Below the pieces are notes generated by a model. It saw nothing but the letters and a program-made list of their open reading frames with translations. It made no database searches and was not told the origin of the DNA. Positions 38,281 to 51,216 of a stretch of 64,000 nucleotides of DNA are shown piece by piece. The DNA comes from Takakia lepidozioides (lineage: Eukaryota; Plantae; Bryophyta), in assembly GCA_030704615.1 (NCBI GenBank), contig CM060731.1, positions 41,044,001 to 41,108,000 of the forward strand, given 5' to 3'. The position numbers and the translations under genes are program-made. The stretch's first letter is position 1. Every line of letters starts with the position of its first letter.

Positions 38281-38552
38281 AACACCACTCTTCTTCGCAA
38301 TCCCACTGACTTTGTTATATCTGCCTCCTCCCAAAGGATTGTTTATCTTGGCCTCACCTTTCTTTGTCCACAAGGTCGTTATCTTGAAGTCGAGGGATGG
38401 AAACGCTTGATGCTTTCCAAACATTGCTTGATTGCATCTGGGGTGCTGGATCGGGGCTTTCAAGGGGAGCTCAGACTTCTTGTTGCCAACCCAGAACGCA
38501 TACCTATCACCATCCGCAACGGTTAGGTCCTCGCACGACTCACTGCCACCCC
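38281..38552 (+). pseudogene. dUTPase-like domain between protease and RT, Gypsy copy 2
   Basis: LLRNPTDFVISASSQRIVYLGLTFLCPQGRYLEVEGWKRLMLSKHCLIASGVLDRGFQGELRLLVANPERIPITIRNG*VLARL, in frame with the protease. Confidence 0.82.
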
Positions 38553-41500
38553 ATTGATAGATTTAGGAGAGGTCCAACATGCTTTAAGATTTGCTGACAT
38601 TGGCCTGTCTGATGATCCTGTAGATCAATTGCATCTCCTGGCACAATCTGTGGCTGCACCCAAGGTCTGTCCCCTCACTCCTGCGCAATCTGCTCATCTT
38701 GACTAGGTCATGACTGATATCAAAATGGGCTCTAGTCTCACTGAAAATGAAAGGTCTCGTCTATATCATGTTATTCGTGACAATCTTGATGTTTACAGTG
38801 CTGGTTCTCATGACTTGGGTTGTATCGATGTTCTCCATCATGACATTGTCACTGAGGGTAGCCCTGTCAAACAATATGCTTATAGAGAAGCGTCAAAGAG
38901 TGCGAAATCATGCAAACCGAACTGACCAAGATGCTTGATGCAGGAGTTATTAAACCCTCTATTTCCCCCTGGGCCAGCCCCATCATGTTGGTTGCCAAGA
39001 AAGATGGTACCACCCGTTTCTGTGTTGATTTCTGACGTCTCAATGCCCTAACCAAAAAGGATGTATATCCCTTACCTCGCATTAATGATACTTTGGATCA
39101 ACTCAACGGTGCCACTCTCTTCTCTTCCTTGGATCTTGCTGCGGGCTTTTGGCAGGTTCCACTCACAGAGTCAGCCAAGGAGAAAACTGCGTTCACCTGT
39201 AAGATGGGTCTCTTTCAGTTTGAGACCATGCCTTTTGGATTATGTAATGCCACTGCCACCTTTCAACGTCTCATAGATGTTGTTCTAGGGAACTTGCGCT
39301 TGGAATGTGCATTGGTATATGTTGGTGACATCAACGTTTACGCAGTTGACTTTGATTCTCACATGCGGGATCTGAAGCGCGTTTTGTGCAGGCTCAGAGG
39401 AGTACACCTCAAAGTGAAAGCCAAGAAATGTGATCTGTGCATGACGGAGCTTCATTTTCTTGGCCACCTTCTCTCAGCTAAAGGCATTAGCCTTGACCCT
39501 ACCAAAATTCAGGCTGTCTGGGAATATCCCACTCCACATGACAAAAATTGTGTCCGTGCTTTCCTTGGGTTAGCCTCTTACTATCATCGTTTCATTAAAC
39601 ACTTTGCTCACATTGCCGTTGCGCTTAATCAGTTGTTATGCAAAGATGTTCGATTTCTTTGGGGCAGGTCCCAAATCACTGCTTTTGAGAAACTCAAAAT
39701 CGCCCTCACTAGTGCACCCATTCTGGTCTTTCCTGATTTTTCACTACCCTTTATTCTTCAGACCGATGCCTCTGACTTGGCTGTTTCAGCTATTCTATGC
39801 CAAAAGAGAGACGGCAGGGAACATGTGGTGGCCTATGCTTCCAGGCGGTTAAATGAACTATAGCATCACTGATAAAGAGGGCTTTGCAGTCATTTTTGGG
39901 GTGAAACATTTCAAGCAGTATCTCCATGGTTGCCCCTTTGTTATTCAGACTGATCATCTTCCATTGAAGGCTCTCAAAACCCCACAAGCACTCTCGGGAC
40001 GCTTGGCTCGGTGGTTACTTACTCTTCAAATGTTCGGGTACGACATTGAGTACAAGAAAGGCAAAGCCAACAGCAATGCCGATGCTCTCACATGCATTGA
40101 GACTAAGTCCTCTGCCCCTTATGTTACCTTAAATGACCTTGCAAACTGCTTACCATCTGGTGCTTCACCCTTGCCTTCTTCCTCTCCTGACGGATCCGAT
40201 TTACTTGCTTTGTTTGCCACTGTTCCTTTTCTCCCACCTGATCTCATGTCTGAATGGGATTTGCTTTCATTTTCTGCTGCTTGAGGTTGGTTTAGAGTGT
40301 TGTCCTGTCACTGAGGTCATATTCTAGGTATGATATCTCTCTCTCTTCTCTGATTGAACTGTGCTTTTCTTCTTCTAGTGCTGGTTTTGGCACTGAATCC
40401 TCTCCATAGGGATATCTGCTTATGTGCTTCATTATCCTTGGTTGCATCTTCATGAAGTCTCCCTTGTCATTCAGTTGAGCTAAAAGCTTCCCATAGAGAT
40501 CACCGAGGCGGACACTCTGTTATGCTCACACTAACCCAAGGGCTGGCTATGGAAGTTGCAACCATGGATGATCTACTTCACCAAGCCCTCCTCCAGAAGT
40601 GTAAGACCAACACTCATCTGTCGGGCCTCTCTTCCCGTCTCCTCAGGCAAGTAAGCTATCATCTCCCTTCTCATAGGGAGCATGAAGGTAAGTTGCTTAA
40701 GGTAGTTCATGTTCATGGGCAAGAGACTGTTGTGGAGGTCCCTACTAGGAGCTCTATGCCTGCTTTACATGAGCTTTACCATTGCTCACTATATGTTGGT
40801 CATTTAGGCATTGACAAAACTGTCAAGAGACTCCAAGAAAAGTACCATTGGAAGGGGTTAACTAAGGATGTGGCAGATTTCATTTCTAAGTGTGTTCCAT
40901 GTAAGTCCAAAACACTGCTGCCTAGGACCATCGCTCCTCTTAAATTACAACCAATTCCGGTGACTGAGATGTTTGCCCGAGTTGGTCTTGATCTTGTTGG
41001 GCCCCTCAAAACTACGACTAAGGGCAATAGCTACATTGGTGTGGCTATTGATTACATGTCTAAGTGGATTGAGATCCGACCATTGGTTGCTAAGGACAGT
41101 GACGAGGTGGTTCAATTCTTCTTTGATGAAATCCTGCTACGCCATGGTTGTCCCCTTGAAATTTTAACTGATTAGGGTACGGAGTTTTGTAACCAGCTGA
41201 TGGAGGTTGTGTGCTTTAATTTAGATGTCAAGCATCGCTTGACTGCTCCCTACAACCCCAGTGCAACGGGCTTACAGAGAGGTTCAACAAACCATGTGCC
41301 AGTTGTTAGAAAAGAACGGGGCTCTCATTGAAGAATGGGATATTACTCTACCCATTCTCATTTTTGCCTAAAGGACCTCGGTACATGCTAGAACTCGTTT
41401 TTCCCTTTTGAATTATTGTATGGCCGCAAGGCTCGCACCCCTCTTCATGTCCCTGTGCTTCAAACTTAGGTTGAGGAGCCCATCATATGGGAAGACTTTC

Positions 41501-43084
41501 TTACTCACCTCACTTCTCATCGTTTGCGTTTATTAGAGACTCCTAAACACAACATTCAAGTTTATCAAGTTGCTCAGGCTAGAAATTATAACCGTAGGGT
41601 TGTTTACTCTGAAATTTTTTCTCTAGGCCAAACTGTTTGTGTTCGGTTGCAGCTTGGCAAACAGGTACCAAGTCCAAGATGCAGATCGATGGGCCTTATC
41701 TGATTAGTGCGATTCTGCCTGGTCGACAATACCGTCTCTTTCCTCAACATCCTTCTACGACGGAGATTGCAGGGACTGTTCATGTTTCTCAACCTGTCCC
41801 TTCTAAGCTGTAGTTTGATTTGACCTGCCTCAACGTGGAGAATCGTCATGTGGTTTTAACTCCCAAGAAGCGTGCTCGACTTGATTCTGATTCAGTTGCT
41901 ACCTAGACTTACTCATGACACTATCTTTATTCAGCTACTTCCTACCTAGGATCCATCTCATTTCTCTTTGTAGTTCTCCAGGTTGCACACCTCACAAGAT
42001 CGGGTTTTTCCCCGACAAGGTTTTGCCCTTCACTCAAATCGCAGAGCAAGGTTTTCCTTGTTGCGGTTTTTTCATCCTATTTTGGTGTGACCTTGGGCGA
42101 CACTGCTCCCTGTCTTGAGCATAGTGTTTGTTAGATAGCTCGCTGGAGCTCGCTTCTCTGTGTGCCAGGAGGCTTTACATATGTAATGGCTAGATTCCCT
42201 CTACCTACCTTTTCGACATTTGGATGAACAGACACTGGATGATGACCGTTGGAAAAGGGCTTGGATGAAACCAGTTGGAAACAATCTATTTTTAAACTAA
42301 GTATTGTCTTCTGTTAACAGCTAGTTTATCTCTAAAATTGAATAAGGTGGCGTCCTATCTGGACAGACACCCGGATGGAATCCAAATAACCAATCAGGGC
42401 TTGCCACTTGGTTAGATGAGATTGTGGGTCTTCGTTTATAAAAGAGATCAATACGACGCTTAAGGCGGCGGTGTACGTTTGGTGTGAAAACCCTAGTGTA
42501 CCTGTGTGTGAGTTTTGGATGAAGAAGGTGTGAGTGAGGATGTGCTGTTAATCCATGTGAATGATTCTGACTCCTCTCCGTTGGATCCTGCCTATCTCGC
42601 TAGCCTGCTTTACCGAGTACACATCCCCGTGATAGCTCAATACCCGTAGAAGAAGAAGAATAACGGGGTGGGCGAGAATCTGGCTTTACAATCCTCTGAT
42701 CTACTAAAAAACCTTCCAATCATATATTTCTTATCTAGCTCTCATACTAGACCAAATGAATGGATGGATGTTCATGATCAAGAAGATTGTCAACAAGCAC
42801 TGTGGCTATATTGTGATAACCAGTGGTGGTGTTCATCAATAGAAATTGCCACTTGGAGGGGTTAGGTGACCTTTGGTACTTCGATTCTGATCGATTTTGC
42901 AGTTGCAATCCACTAGTTTCACAGTATGCCACATATCTGTCATCCACCTTGTTGTTGAAGAGGATGAACCTACAACTCACCTACCATGGAGGGCTAACTA
43001 CCTATAACTAATAGCCTTCACCAAGCCAGCTCTATGTACCCTCCTACTTGTTCCTAGAGTTAGGTGATAGATAGGTTACCTCGG

Positions 43085-43639
43085 TTTCAACTTTAAAGTG
43101 ATTTGGGTCTATGACTAGTAAGATGTTAACAATATCATAACTATATCGTTCTACTACTGTCTTGACGTCTTGACCTATCATAACTGTTACTCTATTAGGT
43201 AAGGGTTGGTTCGAATCTAGGATACCAAATCTTACTGCATATGCTAAATTTTGGCAGGGATGGTACAAGTTCCATGAGCATTGTGTATGTAGTGTACACA
43301 AGGATGTAGCACCAATTGCCTTTAATTAGCTTTCTTCCTTCTAGAGGAGGTAACTGAAAGTTTCAACTTTAAAGTGATTTGGGTCTATGACTAAGATATT
43401 AACAATATCATAACTATATCCTTCTACTACGGTCTTGACGTCTTGACCTATCACAACTGTTATTATGTACTCTATTAGGTAAGGGTTGGTTTGAATCTAG
43501 GATAACAAATCTTACTACATATGCTAGATTTTGGCAGGGATGGTACAAGTTACATGAGCATTGTCTATGTAGTGTACAAGGATGTAGCACCAATTGCCTT
43601 TTAATTAGCTTTCTTCCTTCTAGAGGAGGTAACTGAAAG
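43085..43639. repeat. ~277-bp tandem duplication (2 units)
   Basis: TTTCAACTTTAAAGTGATTTGGGTCTATGACTA...TAGAGGAGGTAACTGAAAG at 43085-43360 and 43361-43639. Confidence 0.92.
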
Positions 43640-43856
43640 AAGACTAAATATGTAAACTCTTAGGACAAACCATACATCGACGTTTGGCTTGTGCAGCTAG
43701 TTTAAGGAGTAGGTGATGCCCGACCGCATGCCCACTACCTAATTTCACTAATGCCTTTACCTAGATGTATAGAGCTATAGAAGCTCGGTGTTATGCTCTT
43801 CTTGGATATTGCCTATAAATACTACGGAAGATAATAGGAATAATGTAAGAACTTAA

Positions 43857-44850
43857 CCCCTAAACGACGAGCCGACCTGAATCGGGTCGGCCCGATTTTT
43901 CATCCATCCGTAGCATGCACTGATGAAGTCCGATGAATGAGCAGCTTGAACGAAAAATGTAGCGCGGAACGAGCTGCACATGCAGGTCTTTATGGCGCCC
44001 CTAACAGAGAAAAACTCCGCCGTCAGGAATTTTTTGGAGTTTGGATGGAGGGGGGGTGCACGGCAGTTGACCATCGACATGGCAGGTGGCAGCGGCCATG
44101 CGGGTGGGATTTTGCGGCGAGGGCATGCAAGGGTTGGAGTCGGGGGCTTGTGAGGCCCTCCCCAAAATGTCGACGAACATGGGGACGGCTCGAATGAGCT
44201 GGCCCTGGCAAATAATGGGAAACCTCGACGTGGCCCGGAAAACGTCGCCGGATTCAGGCGAAATTCCGGCCACCGATTGCCTGACCTGGATGAGGCCGGA
44301 AATTTCACAAAATCCCACATCCCAAATACAATTTAGGCAATTTTTGGGAAACTCTTGGGCAGGCTTGTGTAGTTCTTAGCCTATGAGGGACTGACTGTTG
44401 GAATTCCCAAATGAAGGAGAATTTGGGGTCCCAATGGGCCTATACCATTTCCTTTGCAAATTCTCTTTTTGGACCCCCATTCCAGTCACATACAAAGCAC
44501 CCCCCCTTTCATTTTGGGAGATTGGGGTGAAATTTGGTGTGAGGGTTTGGGATTGTGCACTTTACAGGAATATAGCACTTTTTCTCCCAGGAAAATTTGC
44601 TTGGTCAAACATGAACTTTTGCTTTGTTTTTTCTATTTTCAAAAAAATGCACCGTCTTCAAATGTTATAATCTCCCAAACTATAGGGTGGAATCTCCCCA
44701 AATTTGGGGGGCTTATGCATCTGGTAGGTAGGAAGCAGTTTGTACGATTCATCCATGTGGATGAACGTTGGTGGGCAGGTAGCCGCTGACGTGTGAGGGT
44801 GGGTCCCGGAATTGTCCAAAAACCCAAAAACACCTCTCGTCCTTTAGGGG
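43857..44850. mobile_element. piggyBac-like non-autonomous DNA transposon B
   Basis: TTAA|CCCCTAAACGACGAG ... CTCGTCCTTTAGGGG|TTGA: 15-bp TIR with one mismatch; right TSD has one change. Confidence 0.65.
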
Positions 44851-44895
44851 TTGATGTAAGAACTTATTATCTTCCAATACTACCTTGGCTGATTT

Positions 44896-45365
44896 TTCCA
44901 TGGTTTAGTCAAACATCCGTACGCAGTCTACTGTAGGGAGAGGGAGGGGAGCTCAACAGCCAGTATGTATTCGACTATGACCAGAGGACTTTCGCTTAGT
45001 AATATGGCCACCTCAGCGGCATTCGCAGGTCTGGTTTACCTCCATAAGGAAAGGGAGGACGTGGGTCCGGCAGTTGCTATCCTTGCTGTCCGGAGAGAGA
45101 GAGAGCGACTATATAATATGATCTAGACGCTTGCGGCTTGTTTCGAAAGTTTCCTTCTCCACTCGCATCGTCGGGATCAACTACGCATTGTGGATTGTTC
45201 AAAACAGCTAGCACTACCCTGCTGCCTGGGTCTTCCATTGTTTAGTCGAACATCCGTACGCAATCTACTGTAGGGAGAGGGAGGGGAGCTCAACAGCCAG
45301 TCTGTATTCGACTATGACCAGAGGACTTTCTCTTAGTAATGTGGCCACCTCAGCGGCATTCGCAG
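44896..45365. repeat. ~135-bp direct repeat pair
   Basis: TTCCAT.GTTTAGTC.AACATCCGTACGCA...GGCCACCTCAGCGGCATTCGCAG at ~44896-45028 and ~45233-45365. Confidence 0.88.
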
Positions 45366-46333
45366 TACCCAAACCTCCTCGGAATTTGAGGTTTAGCTCC
45401 GTTGGGAGGCCGGTGAGGCAGGTGTGCCCAGCTTGGCTACCAAAGATTGTCCAAACATTACCAAAGATCGCCATGACTGTGATAGTTCCCAGGTAAGCGT
45501 TGTTCTTGTACGAGTCTATGTTGCAATCCTACCTTAGTCTTTCCTCCTTCTCTAGAGAACTGTGGTCTGTTCCCATGCTTTCTTGTGCTAGCGAAGCCAA
45601 TGCCAATTTGTGCGATGTCCAAAACATTGGAACTGAAGTTACACCAACGATGAATCTGCACGAGTTTGAGCAATCATCTACCAGTGAGTACAAATATATC
45701 TAATCCGTATGTGAAGGCAGTTCAAATGAGAATAATAATGAAACATGTGTACAGCGTCCCCCTATATGTACCTGAAGATATGTGCTACCGGCGGGACCTA
45801 CATTCCTCTATGCAGTTCCAATATAACTCATATCACCCTTGAGCACGTACTACTCTATACAAGGTCAATGTAAATGGATGAGATCAACTTGAAGCGGTCC
45901 AAACATTTTGAACATTCTTTTCTAGTTGCAAGCCGGTTTCCCTTACAAGTATGAGGGAAAACTGTGCGCTCAGACCAGCTATTTCACACAATTGTTAGAC
46001 TGCACAGATTGAGATTTTACGTGAATTCAAACCTGCGAGAGTGCTTAGCGCTACGTTCCTGGTTGAGGCATTGGGTGATCATTTCTCTACCATCCTGAAA
46101 GTAGGAGCTCACCCCTCCCCAGCAATTCCCCGGGACTGCTCCTCGGCTCCATCTCACTAGTTTTTTTATGAAAATGTCTGAACATTATCTGTAATTACCC
46201 ACTGGGAGAGTTGTAAGAGTTGAAGAGACATCATGACCAGGAGAGTTGAAGAGACATCAGCAGCTCTCCCAAGGGTCTTTTGCACCATTCTATAAATGCA
46301 TTGGTCAGCCGCAGTACTTGTTATTAACTGGTT

Positions 46334-47945
46334 ATGATCGCTAACAGGCGGGAGATTCGGAAGCCAGCTCCTGTGGACCCTAGCCCTGGGAAAGCTTTAA
46401 TACCATACCCCCGCAGAGAAAGTGTGCAACAAGTTCCCATGAAGAATTTGGAGGTAATAGGTTCCTTGGATCACTGGGCACAAGAGAGTTTGCTACCAAT
46501 GTTGAAACCTGTGGAGAAGTCCTGGCAACCCCAAGACTTCCTTCCCGACGGATCTTCGGAAAGCTTCTTTGAGGATATAAGGGAGCTCCGAGCCCGGGCT
46601 AATGAACTCCCTGATGATTATCTGGTCTGCTTGGTTGGAGACATGATAACTGAAGAAGCACTGCCCACATATCAGACAATGTTCAACACTTTCGAGGGTG
46701 TAAGAGACAAGACGGGCTGCAGTCCCACCCCATGGGGGATATGGGTTCGGGCTTGGACGGCGGAGGAGAACAGACATGGAGATTTGTTGAATCGGTATCT
46801 CTACCTGTCAGGCCGGGTCGATATGCGTATGGTGGAGAAAACAACCCAATACTTGATTGGCTCTGGCATGGTACGTTACATTCTGAGTCCACTGCATTCT
46901 TCTCTCGCCTTTGAAAGATTGCATCTGGCTGAGTGAATGACAATCTATCAATTTGGAATACATAGTGGTTGAGACTACCAGCCCAAGAATACTACAATGG
47001 AATTCAACTAGAGCTTCGATGGCCGTCTCGAATTTCAGAGCCCTAGCTTTAAATATATAACGTTGAGAATCAGCGGTTCACTTCAAAGGAACATAAACTC
47101 AAATCTTTTATTCACTAGGCGTCATCATAGATCCTCTCTCAGAGCTCTCAGAGCTGGTCCGTCCTCTATGATCCCTCTGACCACTCATCCTGTGCCTCTC
47201 TGTGCCTCCTCTCTGTAAAGATCCCTCTCGTACATTTAGTTCCAGCACACCCTCAGTCGTCTCTTGGCCTCCAAGGCCTCTTCAGCTCACTGTTCACATC
47301 AAGGGTTATTGAACTTTCAAATGTGGAATATCTCAACGTATAACAAGATCTTGGGCACCATGGGTGGATGGAATGCAGGAACCACAGATAGATAACAACC
47401 CCTACAATGGCTTCATCTACACGTCCTTCCAAGAGCGTGCTACCTTCATTTCTCATGGAAACACCGCTCGGCATGCTAAAGTATATGGGGAACATCACCT
47501 GGCCACCATTTGTGGCATCATAGCCTCTGACGAAAAGAGGCATGAAATTGCCTACAGTAGAATAGTAGGCAAATTGTTTGAGCTGGACCCCAGTGGCACC
47601 ATGCTTGCTTTTGACGAGATGATGAGAAAGAAAATCACCATGCCCGCCCACCTCATGTACGATGGGGCAAATGGAAATTTGTTTGATGATTACGCGGCTG
47701 TTGCACAGCGATGCGGGGTCTACACAGCCCAAGACTATGCAGACATTCTGGAGCATCTCATATCTTACTGGAACGTTGAGCAACTGACTGGTCTGTCGGG
47801 AGCGGCGCAAAATGCTCAGGACTTCGTTTGTAGACTGCCAGCCCGCATTCGTAAGCTGGCCGAACGTGCCCAACAAAAAGATCGGGGTGAAGCTCGGATG
47901 CAACCTTTTTCGTGGATCCACAACAGGGAGGTCACACTCATGTAG
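46334..47945 (+). CDS. Soluble acyl-[ACP] desaturase (stearoyl-ACP desaturase family)
   Basis: Exons 46334-46870 and 47379-47945; [47 protein letters not shown] di-iron motifs; TATAAAT at 46291. Start uncertain. Confidence 0.95.
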
Positions 47946-48599
47946 GAACGTTTCAGGCACACATCTAGCGCCTGCGGGACGATTCTTGCTAATAACTATC
48001 TAACATCTCTGAGCTCGAGCTAATATTATCTACATTTGGAAGATGTCCGACCATCGGTATGTGGATTTCCAGACAGATTCTTTTGGAGCAAACCTCCTCG
48101 TGTAGCTCGCGCCACAAACAATTCTGCAGGAATTCATGCGTTTGGTCCCTTGCTTACAATACATTGGATTACTTATAGTAAGGGGGGCGATTATGTTGTA
48201 TGTAACTTTGGGTTCTTTCGATCATGCAGCCCGGCGATCATTTGTGATCATAAAGTAAAGTTTCCGTGTTTCTTTCTTGCTGCTCCCGATGGCCTTTCCC
48301 CGTTGTGTGTCGGTCATTTGACATACCTGTGCACGCCTCAAAACTGCACAACGTTTTTCTGCTTCTGGATCCACACGAATGAACATTCACACTTTGCACC
48401 CACTTTCGTACTTCTTTACACAGAGTGACGAGAGATCTGTAGCATCAAAAACGTACTCGGAACTTCTGCAGACCTAGTTTCAAGTTTCACTCTCCTTCAA
48501 ATAACTCATTGACATTTTCCTAGCCATCACTCGATCAGCGTGAAGCTCCCAAGGATTTTATGTTTCAAACATCGCTCTCGATTTCCGTGGTGAACAGGA

Positions 48600-48920
48600 A
48601 GGTGTTTGGCTTGAATCCACTGTGGATAATGTTGGCATGCACTGCTTTCCCTCTGCTAAGTCTGTCAAGTTGATGCACTCCTGCAAGAGAAAGACATAAG
48701 TTTTTGAGTCTGCCTGAATGCCTCGTTGGTTCAAAATGTGCAGTCCTTCCTTCAGCTGTCCCACCTTACACAGCGGTGCCCGAAGAGTTCTTGTTGACCA
48801 CCCTTGGTCCTCTTCCAAAGCAGTTATACTGGTGGAGGGGCTGCTTCCGATGCCAGTCTGATATCCAGCAAACAGCAGTGCATGATTCCCTCGAATTCTG
48901 CATGACTGAAAACAAACCAT
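48600..48920 (-). pseudogene. N-terminal fragment of a PLS-class PPR gene
   Basis: LCKVGQLKEGLHILNQRGIQADSKTYVFLLQECINLTDLAEGKQ, then frameshift. Confidence 0.7.
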
Positions 48921-51216
48921 CATAAAACTTTTGACTCGTATAATAAATCTTGTAGATACTTCACAGATGGATGTCTTGTGAGGCCAGGCCTCTTGTCACC
49001 CATGATACAGAATCAGACCCGTCTTAAACCACGAGAAAACAGTTATCAATTGGAGTTGGACCCTGGAATCATCATGAAAGCAATACCTGTTCCGTTTTAG
49101 GCGTGGACCTCCATGCTTTACAACATTAGAACCATCACCATATTGTGCTCGAATTGGTATCATCACAGCAAGCTCTGCTTTATCCAGATAGAGTTAGACC
49201 AACTGTCAATCCACAGGACCTCATTTTTGTGCTTATGTCTGAAACCTGGTGATCTTGGACTTTTCTGTGAAATCCATGGGTGGGCAGCTGAGCAGCCAGA
49301 GCTTCAACCACAGTCTCACAGTGAGCAGGCTACAAATAACAGCTATATAATATAGTGCTTCTTGAACAACAACCTACTATCATGCCTGCTACCAAGAAAG
49401 GACACCCTTATGACAACAACAATCACATTCACCTCTGATTCTTTTTGACAAAGAACTTGCAATTCTGCCTTAAAATCTTAGCAACTGTGCATAGCACTCC
49501 AGTCCACGAAACACCAAAATGCTAGCTTCACTCACAAGCCCTCCTTGATACCCTCTTTCATCTAGTAGATGAAGGTATCCGCACCTTCTCAGACCTGTTG
49601 TCCAACCACTCTGAAAGATATGAGAAGAACTCCTGACAGAGCCTTGATGTCCTCGTTAATGGACATACGTGCAAAAACTGCAAGAACATGAGAACTTGCT
49701 AGCTTCCAATTTCCTCTCGAATGAGGAGCGGTATTGTGTTAGCCTGCTGCAAGTTATTGTGGGCTCTTCCTCTGTCTTTGTGCACACTAAAATATACAAA
49801 CATACCAGGATTTCCACAGGTTGCTGAAGAAGCCTGAAGGATCTTGTGGTGCCCAGGCCATCCTGCAACCCGAGCTCATTTTGCGTGATGCTCCAGTTCC
49901 TCCACAGAATGTGTTCGACCACCCTCTGTCCTTCCGCCATAATCTGCTGCCCACCCTCACCCATCTTGTAGTCTCAATGAAGCTCCAACGCTCACACCAG
50001 TAGGCTTCCCATCATCTCATATCGAGCTCACATTACACGTTTCATGGCAGCCAGCTTCCTCCATCTCCCAATCCCTTTGTGCGCGTATGGAGGTTTTGGG
50101 CTTTACAGTATATACGGGTATCCATACGAAATATACTTTACTTTATTCGAAAACCTTAGAATCATCGTAGAATCTCTGTTTTCCGACAGGGCACAGGCGA
50201 AGCTCCTTATTGGCTGTCATGTCATAAAATGATTAAATTCTGCACTAATAAGAGAGATCGGTGACGAGCTGGCAAATCATCCATATGGATGAAAGTAGGT
50301 CGAGGATCGTAAAATGGGTTTCAGATATTTATCAACTAAAATACGAAGTGTGTCGACTGGTCGAGCTAAGTAGGTATAGCGAAAGTTTAGTTCGTTGACA
50401 AGGATTCATCCATCCATGTCGGGGACCGGCAATGAGCGGTAGGTAGGCGAGTCAAAGCGTGGCAGAGGAGCTACGATAATTGCGTCTTATAAGTTTTACT
50501 ATTCTTTACTTTACTGCCAGTTACCGCGGTCTGTCTGCAGCCCAAGCATCCCATCGCAAAGGCTTTGCACGGATCTGCGTCTGACATCGAAGTACTGTGC
50601 TTCGAGAAATTGAGACGAGACAGTGAGCTGATCGGTGGAGATTCGAGAGGCGGAGCATGGATGTGAGCAGCGGAGTTTTCCAAATGCAATCCTTGTGCTG
50701 AGTTCACCACTAATTGGAGTGAATTTCTTTTTGGAATTCTATCCTCGGGTTTTGCATCAAGCAATTGGGACGCAGAGGAAGTGATGTGGAGGGGATGTGC
50801 GTGTTTGGGCAATGGGTATTAGATCCGGTTCTTCACGCCCTGCCGTGGTGTGTTATATTGGTGGAAGGGTGTCTGCATTGCTCAGCAGTTGCAGAGCGAT
50901 TGCACTGATCCGGGGTCTGTGTCTTACTATGTAGGTGTGAAGAGCGGGATATTGGACAGGTATGGACCCGGGACTGCTCTTGGGATGCTCTGAGACAGCT
51001 CGAAGACAGGATTTTGAGAGATTAGATGGCGGGGATGTGATGGGCGGATACGCTGAGATAGAGGAGTTTTTGGGTAGAGGGGATCTGTAGAAGTAACTCA
51101 GCAAGGAAGCTGCATGGAGCAGGGTGGCCGCGAAAGTCTTGTTGCGCCCCTGACCATCCATATTATTCGACATTTCTTGATATTAGGGTAGTTCAGGTAG
51201 CGATCCCATCTGCTAC

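Larger units (their letters stand above)
35828..42690 (+). mobile_element. Ty3/Gypsy LTR retrotransposon copy 2 (decayed): truncated 5' LTR, extra ORF, gag(CCHC), protease, dUTPase-like domain, RT, RNase H, integrase, full 3' LTR
   Basis: 35828-35940 is nearly identical to 42182-42295. The 3' LTR 42182-42690 has imperfect inverted ends TGTAATGGCTAGATTC/GAATCTGGCTTTACA. ATCC flanks both ends (35824-35827, 42691-42694) as a 4-bp TSD. Gag MPVTTRSG, CFINCGSLEHWTRFC; protease VDKGCTMS..IANG..LLGLDWM; RT, RNase H and integrase motifs as in copy 1. Confidence 0.93.

Noticed and set aside
43915-43965. CTGATGA...GAAA resembling a hammerhead ribozyme core
   Set aside because: Could not form stem II or stems I/III with a cleavage triplet by eye.
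45265-45700. TELNLKFRGG weakly resembling the LINE TRLKFKLRAG motif
   Set aside because: No CCHC finger or other support; left unassigned.
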